Source: Thioalkalivibrio sp. (GTDB lineage Bacteria; Pseudomonadota; Gammaproteobacteria; Ectothiorhodospirales; Ectothiorhodospiraceae). Taken from it: 49,002 bases of DNA. Positions 42,278 to 49,002 of the stretch are shown one piece after another. The stretch spans positions 1-49,002 of the forward strand of contig JAGTVE010000012.1 in the NCBI GenBank assembly GCA_018224485.1. The letters are read 5' to 3'. Under the pieces are notes generated by a model that saw only the letters and a program-made list of their open reading frames with translations, was not told the DNA's origin and made no database searches. A program made the translations under genes and the position numbers. Position 1 is the first letter of the stretch. Each line of letters begins with the position of its first letter.

Positions 42278-43220
42278 GGACCGGATACGCGTCGCCATCG
42301 GCCTGCTGCGCGATGCGGCGGGCCGCGTGCTGATCAGCCGCCGCACGGGCCGCGTGCACCTGTCCGGTCTGTGGGAGTTTCCGGGTGGCAAGTGTGCGCC
42401 GGGAGAGAGTGCCCGCGGTGCGCTCGAGCGGGAGCTGCGCGAGGAGCTGGAGGTGGAGGTGGTGGAGGCCACCCGTATCCTGACGGTCCGCCATGACTAT
42501 CCCGAACGGAGGGTGGAACTGGCAGTGTTCCGGGTCGATGCCTGGCGGGGGGGGGCGCGGCCCCGCGAGGCGCAGCCCCTGTGCTGGGCGGAGCCGGCCG
42601 AACTCGCGGGCTTGCGGTTCCCCGAGGCCAGCCGGGCCATCGTCAATGCCGCCCGTCTGCCGGAACTCTACCTGATCTCGCCGGATCCGGACTCCCCGGC
42701 CGCGGTGGAGTACGAGGCCCGCCGCGTTGCCCGCCGGCTCGCCCGCGGCGGCATTCGGCTGCTGCAGATCCGCGCCCCCGGGCTCGGGCGGGCCGCCTTT
42801 CTCGATTATGCGCGCAGGCTGATGGACGCCGCCGCCGGGCACGGGGCCGAGGTGCTGGTGAATGCGCCGGAGGCCTGGCGCGAGGCCCTGCCGCCGGCGG
42901 GCTGTCACCTGCCCGAACGGCGCCTGCGCACGCTCGCCGCGCGTCCGCACGGCGATGGCTGGATCGCGGCATCGGTGCACGACGTCGAGGGCCTCGAGCG
43001 CGCGATGGCGTTGCCGGTGGACTTCGTGGTCGCGGGGCCGATCGAACGGACCCGCACCCACCCGGATGCACAGCCGATCGGGATCTCCGGCCTCGCGGCC
43101 CTCTGCGAGCGGGCATCCTGCCCGGTGTTCGCGCTGGGAGGTCTGCAACCCGGGGATCTCGGGCGGCTGCGGGCGGTCGGCGCGCAGGGGATCGCGGGCA
43201 TCCGGGGCCTGCTGGACTGA
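42228..43220 (+). CDS. mutT: Nudix 8-oxo-dGTPase MutT fused to a thiamine-phosphate-synthase-like domain (start uncertain)
   Basis: WEFPGGK...GE....AL.REL.EEL Nudix box, HDY, FP.A; C-terminal LLQIR, VLVN, ASVH, T.THP, PVFALGG, GIAGIR. Confidence 0.88.
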   Translation: MTSPTTTSGSTPTTGPEDRIRVAIGLLRDAAGRVLISRRTGRVHLSGLWEFPGGKCAPGESARGALERELREELEVEVVEATRILTVRHDYPERRVELAVFRVDAWRGGARPREAQPLCWAEPAELAGLRFPEASRAIVNAARLPELYLISPDPDSPAAVEYEARRVARRLARGGIRLLQIRAPGLGRAAFLDYARRLMDAAAGHGAEVLVNAPEAWREALPPAGCHLPERRLRTLAARPHGDGWIAASVHDVEGLERAMALPVDFVVAGPIERTRTHPDAQPIGISGLAALCERASCPVFALGGLQPGDLGRLRAVGAQGIAGIRGLLD

Positions 43221-43272
43221 CCCGCGCGACAGAAGGGGGGCCTGAAGCCGCGCCCGCCCGTCCCGGCGGACC

Positions 43273-44046
43273 TCAGATCGCGCAGCAGCTCAGATGGAAG
43301 GGCAGGTCGCGGGAGACGATCCGGGGGCGGTCGTGGAAGTCGCCGGGATCGAGAAAGCGCACCGTGAAGCGCTGCCGCCCGGCACTGATCTCCGGATAGC
43401 ACTGCTGGTCGGCGCTGATGCTCACCCGCAGCATCTGCCAGGCATAGCTTGTGTCCAGCCCCTGCTCGTAGTAGCCATCGTGGGCGACCACGCTGCGCGG
43501 CTGACCCGCGGCGCGGATGAATGTCAGCACCTGGGTGATGGCCTCTGCCACCGATTCCAGCGGCCGGAACCATTCGAGGAGCAGCTCCGCGCGCGCCGCC
43601 GCCGGCTGCGAAAGCCAGTAGTGATAGATCGGCAGGTCGAAGTCGCAGGCACCACCCGGCAGCGCGGTGCGCTGGCGCACGCTGGTGTAGAACTCGTTGC
43701 CCTTCACCGCATGGTCGAGGCTGCCCACCTGGTCTTCCAGCCGCGCGAGCAGCCGTCGCTGCCCCTCCGTCGTCAGCGCCAGGCGTTCCTGGTCCACTCC
43801 GGGCTGGGCCGCGAAGCGGTTCAGGTTCGCGATCTGACGCTCGATCTCGCCCATCAGCTCGCGCTTCACGTCCACCCGCCCCGCCAGCGCATAGATGTCC
43901 ACGAGCACGGTCAGTGCGTGGTGGTGGTCGAAGTCCCGGGCCGCGAGGCTGCTGCTGCGAAAGCGCTCCAGCAGGGTCTCGAGACGGAGCAGCAGCCGTA
44001 CGCGCTCGTGCAGGGGCTGTTCGAATGTCAGCGTCGACTCGGTCAA
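43273..44046 (-). CDS. zapD: Cell division protein ZapD
   Basis: FEQPL.ER.R.LLRLE, R.D.K.EL..E.ERQ, QR...PGG.C.FDLP, YPEISAG..RF..RF; TTG 44046 or ATG 44085 start. Confidence 0.92.
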   Translation of the reverse strand: MTESTLTFEQPLHERVRLLLRLETLLERFRSSSLAARDFDHHHALTVLVDIYALAGRVDVKRELMGEIERQIANLNRFAAQPGVDQERLALTTEGQRRLLARLEDQVGSLDHAVKGNEFYTSVRQRTALPGGACDFDLPIYHYWLSQPAAARAELLLEWFRPLESVAEAITQVLTFIRAAGQPRSVVAHDGYYEQGLDTSYAWQMLRVSISADQQCYPEISAGRQRFTVRFLDPGDFHDRPRIVSRDLPFHLSCCAI

Positions 44047-44167
44047 GGGGTACCATCCGGCGAATTGGTGCCCAGTATCAGGCATGTTCCCGGTGCATTT
44101 CCACCCGGATTCCGGGGCGGCGGACGATGCCCACCGGCGTGGTGCCGGCCTGCCGGGAGAATGTTCC

Positions 44168-44773
44168 TCAGCCTGCGGCGTCCCGGTAGCGCCTGTCCAG
44201 CCCGCGCACCCGCGCGATCAGTTCCCTCGGGCCGAGGCTGCCGTCGTTCTCGATCACATCATCCGCCGCCTGCCGGCGCGCATCGCGGGACGCCTGGCTC
44301 CGGACCATGCGCCAGGCCTCCTGCGGATCGATGCCATCACGCGCGACCACGCGCTGCACCTGTAGCGTCTCCGGACAGTCGACCAGCAGGATCCGGTCGA
44401 CCCGGTCCTGCCAGCCGGCCTCCAGCAGCAGCGGGATCACCAGCAGTACATAGGGCGTCTCCTCCGGCAGCTCGGCCAGCCGCTGCCGCATCCGGGCGTC
44501 GATGGCCGGATGCGTGATCGCCTCCAGCCGGCGGCGCCGGGAGGTATCCTGGAAGACGCGGCTGCGCAGCGCGGCCCGGTCCAGGCTGCCATCCGGGCAG
44601 AGCAGGCCCGACCCGAGGCTGCGGCAGATCTCCGCGAGTGCGGGCTCGCCCGGCGCCACGACCTCCCGCGCGATCCCGTCGGTATCGATCACGGGCGCGC
44701 CCAACTGCTCGAAGATTGCCGAGACCGTGCTCTTGCCGCTGCCGATTCCCCCGGTCAGCCCGATCCTGAGCAT
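44168..44773 (-). CDS. coaE: Dephospho-CoA kinase
   Basis: IGLTGGIGSGKST, IDTD..AREVV, LDRA.L...VF, LE.ITHP, IPLL.E, ADDVI.N. Confidence 0.96.
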   Translation of the reverse strand: MLRIGLTGGIGSGKSTVSAIFEQLGAPVIDTDGIAREVVAPGEPALAEICRSLGSGLLCPDGSLDRAALRSRVFQDTSRRRRLEAITHPAIDARMRQRLAELPEETPYVLLVIPLLLEAGWQDRVDRILLVDCPETLQVQRVVARDGIDPQEAWRMVRSQASRDARRQAADDVIENDGSLGPRELIARVRGLDRRYRDAAG

Positions 44774-44775
44774 GA

Positions 44776-45633
44776 TCAGGGCAGGTACAGGGCCAGCAGC
44801 GCATCGCCCCAGATCAGCGCGATCCAGCCGGCGGCAGCAAGGTAGGGGCCGAAGGGGATCGGGATGTTCCGGTCCCGGCCGCGGAGCAGGATCAGGGCGA
44901 CGCCGACGATCGCCCCGACCAGTGACGCGAGCAGGAGGACCAGGGGCAGGGCCTGCCAGCCGAGCCAGGCCCCGAGGGCCGCGAGCAGCTTGAAGTCGCC
45001 GTAGCCCATCCCCTCCTTGCCGGTGAGCAGGCGGAACCCGTGGTACACCAGCCAGAGCGCGAGGTAGCCGGCGATCGCGCCAATGACTGCCGATTCGAGA
45101 TCGGTGAAGACCCCGAAGTAGTTGATCGCGAGCCCGGACCACAACAGCGGCAGCGTCAGCTGATCGGGCAGCAGCGTGGTGCGCGCGTCGATCCCTGCGG
45201 CGGCGACCAGGATTCCCGTGAAGAGAAGCGCGGCCGCACCCGCGGCCGTTGGCCCGAAATGCAGGATGCTGATCGCGAAGAGTACCGCCGTGAGCAGCTC
45301 CACGAGCGGGTACTGCCAGGAGATCCGGTTCGCGCAGCCCGGGCAGCGCCCGCGCAGCAGTAGGTAGCTCAGCAGCGGAATGTTCTCGTGGGCGCGTATC
45401 TCGCGGCTGCACCGCGGACATCGGGATCGGGGCCACCACAGGTCGAAGCGGGCGGGTGCGGTCTCGGGTTCCGGCTGCTCGAGGATCGCGCGGGCCTCCT
45501 CCTCCCACGCCCGTTGCATCATCAGCGGCACGCGATGGATGACCACGTTCAGGAAGCTGCCGATCATCAGGCCGAACAGCGCGGCGATCGGCACGGACCA
45601 GAGCGCGAGGGGCTCCAGCAAGGCGGCCATCAC
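44776..45633 (-). CDS. pilD: Type IV prepilin peptidase/methyltransferase
   Basis: GSFLNVVI.R.P, two CxxC pairs, ID....LLPD, GMG.GDFKL, PFGPYL. Confidence 0.96.
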   Translation of the reverse strand: MMAALLEPLALWSVPIAALFGLMIGSFLNVVIHRVPLMMQRAWEEEARAILEQPEPETAPARFDLWWPRSRCPRCSREIRAHENIPLLSYLLLRGRCPGCANRISWQYPLVELLTAVLFAISILHFGPTAAGAAALLFTGILVAAAGIDARTTLLPDQLTLPLLWSGLAINYFGVFTDLESAVIGAIAGYLALWLVYHGFRLLTGKEGMGYGDFKLLAALGAWLGWQALPLVLLLASLVGAIVGVALILLRGRDRNIPIPFGPYLAAAGWIALIWGDALLALYLP

Positions 45634-45673
45634 CGTGCCGCCCGCGCCCCCGACACGCGTTCGGATGCGGGCA

Positions 45674-46882
45674 CTAGATGACCTGGCCGAGCATGAAGAT
45701 GGGCAGGTACATCGCGATGACGAGGCCGCCGATGAGCACGCCGAGGACCACCATGATCAGCGGTTCGAGCAGGCTGGACAGGCTGTCCACCGCATTGTCG
45801 ACCTCTTCTTCGTAGAAATCCGCGACCTTGGCCAGCATCGCGTCCAGGGAACCGGACTCCTCTCCGATCGCGACCATCTGCACCACCATGTTCGGGAAGA
45901 TGCCGACGTTGCGCATCGACCACTGCAGCTGCGCGCCGGCCGCGGTCTCCTCCCGCATGCGCTCGGTCGCCTCGCCATAGAGGGCGTTGCCGGTCGCGCC
46001 CGCAACCGACCGCAGTGCATCCACCAGCGGTACACCGGCCGCGAACATCGTGGACAGGGTCCGCGCGAAGCGGGCGATCGCCGCCTTGCGCAGGATGGGT
46101 CCGACGGCCGGGATCTTCAGCACCAGGATGTCGATGCTGCGCCGGAATCGCGGCGAGCGCAGATGGATCTGCCGGAACAGGAATACGCCGAGCACCACCA
46201 GGCCCAGCACCACCCACCACCAGCTCTGCGCGAAGCTCGACAGGTTCACGACCATGCGCGTGAAGGCCGGGAGATCGGCGCCAAAGCCCACGAAGAGGGC
46301 CTCGAACTGGGGGACCACGAAGATCAGCAGGATGGCGGTGACCGCGATCGCCACGACGATCACCGCGGCGGGGTAGAACATCGCCTTCTTGATCTTGGCC
46401 TTCAGGCTCTCCGTCTTTTCCTTGTAGGTCGCGATCTTGTCGAGCAGGGTCTCGAGGGTTCCCGACTGCTCGCCCGCCTCGACCAGATTGATCACGAGGT
46501 CGTCGAAGTACTTCGGATGCTTCGACAGCGCTGCGGCGAAGGTCTCGCCGCCCTCGACCTGGCCCTTCAGGTCCATGATCAGTTCCGACATCGCCGGGTT
46601 GTCATGACCCCGGCCGACGATGTCGAAGGCCTGCACCAGCGGCACGCCGGAGCTCAGCATCGTGGTCATTTGGCGCAGGAAGTAGGCGACATCGACCGGC
46701 TTGATCTTCTTCTTGGTCGAGAACAGCGGCTTCGGCTTCTTGCGGATCTTCAGCACGTTGATGCCGTTGCGCCGAAGATCGGCGCGCGCGCTGATCTCGC
46801 TGTCCGCCGGCGTCTCGCCCTTGACGCGGGCACCCCGCTTGTTCAGGCCTTCCCAGAGGAAGATCGTCTCGGTATTCGCCAT
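45674..46882 (-). CDS. pilC: Type IV pilus platform protein PilC
   Basis: F.WEG....G..VKGE, RQM.TM...GVPL.Q, GE.SG.L, KIKKAM.YP, MYLPIF..G. Confidence 0.96.
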   Translation of the reverse strand: MANTETIFLWEGLNKRGARVKGETPADSEISARADLRRNGINVLKIRKKPKPLFSTKKKIKPVDVAYFLRQMTTMLSSGVPLVQAFDIVGRGHDNPAMSELIMDLKGQVEGGETFAAALSKHPKYFDDLVINLVEAGEQSGTLETLLDKIATYKEKTESLKAKIKKAMFYPAAVIVVAIAVTAILLIFVVPQFEALFVGFGADLPAFTRMVVNLSSFAQSWWWVVLGLVVLGVFLFRQIHLRSPRFRRSIDILVLKIPAVGPILRKAAIARFARTLSTMFAAGVPLVDALRSVAGATGNALYGEATERMREETAAGAQLQWSMRNVGIFPNMVVQMVAIGEESGSLDAMLAKVADFYEEEVDNAVDSLSSLLEPLIMVVLGVLIGGLVIAMYLPIFMLGQVI

Positions 46883-46890
46883 CGCTTCCG

Positions 46891-48618
46891 CTAATCCGTG
46901 GTCACGCGGTTGACTTCCTCGAGGCTGGTGAAGCCTGCCTTGGCCTTCAGCAGTCCGGCGCGACGCAGGTCGTTGATTCCGTCACGATCCGCCTGGTCCG
47001 CCAGTTGCATGCTGTTACAGCCCTCCAGGATCAACCGCTGCATTGCTTCGGAGATCGGCAGCACCTGGTAGATGCCGACCCGACCCTTGTAGCCGCCGGT
47101 GCACTGATCGCAGCCGACGGGCTTGTAGAGCGTCATCCCAGAAGCTATATCGTCCGCGGTGAAGCCTTCCTTTAGCAGAACTTCTTCCGGAAGCTGCTCC
47201 GGCGCCTTGCATGCCGGGCACAACCGCCGCGCCAGGCGCTGCGCGATGATCAGCAGGATGGAAGAGGCGATGTTGTAGACCGGAACCCCCATGTTCGCGA
47301 GGCGGGTCAGGGTCTGCGGCGCGTCGTTGGTGTGCAGCGTGGACAGTACCAGATGACCCGTCTGCGCCGCCTTGATCGCGATCTCCGCGGTCTCGAGGTC
47401 CCGGATCTCGCCCACCATGATCACGTCCGGGTCCTGGCGCAGGAAGGCGCGCAGGGCGTTGGCGAAGGTCAGCCCGATCTTCGGATGGACGTTGACCTGG
47501 TTGATGCCCGGCATGTTGATTTCGGCTGGGTCTTCCGCGGTGGAGATGTTGCGGTCGTTGGTGTTGAGGATGCCGAGGCCGGTGTAGAGGGAGACCGTCT
47601 TGCCCGATCCGGTGGGGCCGGTGACCAGGATCATCCCGTAGGGGCGTTTCAGCGCATCCAGATAGAGCTTCTTCTGCTCCTCCTCGAAGCCCAGCACGTC
47701 GACGCTCAGGATGCTCGCGTCCGAGTCGAGGATACGCATCACGATCTTTTCGCCGTACAGCGTCGGCAGGCTGTTCACGCGAAAGTCCACCGCACGGGTG
47801 CGGGAGAGCTTGAGCTTGATGCGCCCGTCCTGAGGGACGCGGCGTTCCGCGATGTCCATCTGCGACATCACCTTCACGCGAGCGATGATCCGCATCGCCA
47901 TCGCCAGCGGCGGATGTCCGACATCATGGAGCATGCCGTCGACGCGGAAGCGCACCCTGAAGTCGCGCTCGTAGGGCTCGAGGTGGATGTCCGACGCCTT
48001 GCGGCGGATCGCGTCCAGCATCAGCTTGTTCACGAAGCGCACCACTGGCGCGTCGTCGATGCCCTCGCTGGAGCTTTCCTCGCGATCGTCGGCCTCCTCG
48101 CTCGCGACCGCCAGGTCGCCGAAGCCGTCGTCGTCGAGCTCCTCCATCATCGCCATCGCGGCGTTCAGCGAGTCCTCGATCAGACGGTCGAGCTTGTGAT
48201 GCTCCACCAGCACCGTCTCGATGGTGAGGCCGGTGGCGAACTTGAATTCGTCCGAGGCGGTGAGGTTGGTCGGGTCGGAGATCGCGACGAAGAGCCGGGT
48301 GCCGCGCTGCAGCAGCGGCAGTGCGTGGTGTTTCCGGACCAGGGTCTCGTTCAGGTGTTCCTTGGGCAGCAGGTCCCGGTCGAATGCCGCGAGGTCGAAG
48401 ATTGGGAGACCGAATTCCTCGCCGGCCGCCTCGGCCAGCCGCGCCTCGGAGATCTTCGTGCGGGTTGCCAGAAGCGCCACCAGCGGGGTCTGCTGCTCCC
48501 GGGCCTCATCGGCCAGGGCCGCGATCAATCCCGGCTCCGCAAGGCCGGCATCCACGAGTCGGCGGGCCAGGCCCGGCAAACGGGCAGCCGCCGCCATAGA
48601 GGGTGAAGTCGTCGCCAT
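46891..48618 (-). CDS. pilB: Type IV-A pilus assembly ATPase PilB
   Basis: DAPVV, ASDIH.EPYE, ERR.PQDGR, GPTGSGKT, LRQDPD..MVGEIRD, TGHLVLSTLHTN, CPAC...CDQC. Confidence 0.97.
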   Translation of the reverse strand: MATTSPSMAAAARLPGLARRLVDAGLAEPGLIAALADEAREQQTPLVALLATRTKISEARLAEAAGEEFGLPIFDLAAFDRDLLPKEHLNETLVRKHHALPLLQRGTRLFVAISDPTNLTASDEFKFATGLTIETVLVEHHKLDRLIEDSLNAAMAMMEELDDDGFGDLAVASEEADDREESSSEGIDDAPVVRFVNKLMLDAIRRKASDIHLEPYERDFRVRFRVDGMLHDVGHPPLAMAMRIIARVKVMSQMDIAERRVPQDGRIKLKLSRTRAVDFRVNSLPTLYGEKIVMRILDSDASILSVDVLGFEEEQKKLYLDALKRPYGMILVTGPTGSGKTVSLYTGLGILNTNDRNISTAEDPAEINMPGINQVNVHPKIGLTFANALRAFLRQDPDVIMVGEIRDLETAEIAIKAAQTGHLVLSTLHTNDAPQTLTRLANMGVPVYNIASSILLIIAQRLARRLCPACKAPEQLPEEVLLKEGFTADDIASGMTLYKPVGCDQCTGGYKGRVGIYQVLPISEAMQRLILEGCNSMQLADQADRDGINDLRRAGLLKAKAGFTSLEEVNRVTTD

Positions 48619-48674
48619 GAGCCCAGAGTGTCTCCACCAGTCACTTGGGTCAACACTTTAATGAGTTGCTGGAC

Positions 48675-48702
48675 AAAAAAGAAGGACCCCCGTGGCGCCT
48701 TC
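48675..48702 (-). terminator. Terminator-like hairpin with U6 just upstream of pilB
   Basis: Minus strand reads GAAGG-C-GCC-ACGG-GGT-CCTTC-TTTTTT; the stem is modest. Confidence 0.4.
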
Positions 48703-48801
48703 GGGGATTGCTGTGGGCCATCCTGGGGGCAGGGCCACTCCGGGGACAGATTTCAAACCTGCCCCCAGTCCCACAGCCCCTGTTCCTGCCGGGCCAGGGG
48801 C

Positions 48802-48837
48802 TTGACGCGGCCGCTTCCGTTCGACGACAATGCGCGG
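48802..48837 (+). promoter_or_regulatory. Stable-RNA sigma70 promoter with GC-rich discriminator
   Basis: TTGACG-18 bp-GACAAT followed by GCGCGG, just ahead of tRNA-Tyr. Confidence 0.7.
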
Positions 48838-48846
48838 CTTGATCGA

Positions 48847-48931
48847 GGAGGGGTTCCCGAGCGGTCAAAGGGGGCAGACTGTAAATCTGCTGGCTCAGCC
48901 TTCGGAGGTTCGAATCCTCCCCCCTCCACCA
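48847..48931 (+). tRNA. tRNA-Tyr(GTA)
   Basis: Acceptor GGAGGGG/CCCCTCC+ACCA, anticodon arm GCAGA-CTGTAAA-TCTGC, long variable arm, GGTTCGAATCC T-loop; 85 nt. Confidence 0.98.
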
Positions 48932-48984
48932 GGTTTCCAAAGTCACGGGCCGGGCGGGCGGTGGCGTCGATCAGCATCGGTTCT

Positions 48985-49002
48985 GCGGGTGTAGTTCAAT
49001 GG
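48985..49002 (+). tRNA. tRNA 5' end, probably tRNA-Gly (truncated by window edge)
   Basis: GCGGGTGTAGTTCAATGG; the Tyr-Gly-Thr-tuf order is common, but the anticodon lies outside the window. Confidence 0.75.

Noticed and set aside
39614-42472. 952-aa antisense ORF over secA-argJ
   Set aside because: Same shadow-frame artefact; the composition mirrors sense-strand codon usage.
48650-48977. Minus-strand ORFs over tRNA-Tyr as a possible pilin or leader peptide
   Set aside because: Antisense to the tRNA, with no G|FxxxE prepilin motif or hydrophobic helix.

Overview
A high-GC gammaproteobacterial core-genome window. Gene order and protein sequences suggest Chromatiales, possibly Thioalkalivibrio-like (inference only). 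Content in order: 3' end of the mla operon (mlaE' D C B), murA, short-form hisG, aroG, hisD, hisC, degS/algW, Nif3, petABC, sspAB, a GlcD-like FAD oxidase with yraN and lpoA on the minus strand, rsmI, rnpB, the full dcw cluster (mraZ to ftsZ), lpxC, dciA, secA, argJ, a mutT-thiE fusion, zapD, coaE, pilDCB, tRNA-Tyr and the start of a probable tRNA-Gly. I see no prophage, integrase, transposase, CRISPR array or new multi-gene system. The best leads are small-scale: (1) a 72-bp four-hairpin element apparently inserted into a REP-like palindrome between hisC and degS; (2) an SspA with a glutaredoxin-position CxxC; (3) a DAHP synthase inside the his operon; (4) a GlcD-like oxidase where diaA/gmhA-dolP usually sit; (5) an inverted second pair of MraZ-like boxes at the rnpB 3' end; (6) no canonical start for mutT after argJ; (7) a densely structured pilB-tRNA intergenic region with no pilA. 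Family assignments rest on motif recognition, and no database search was run.
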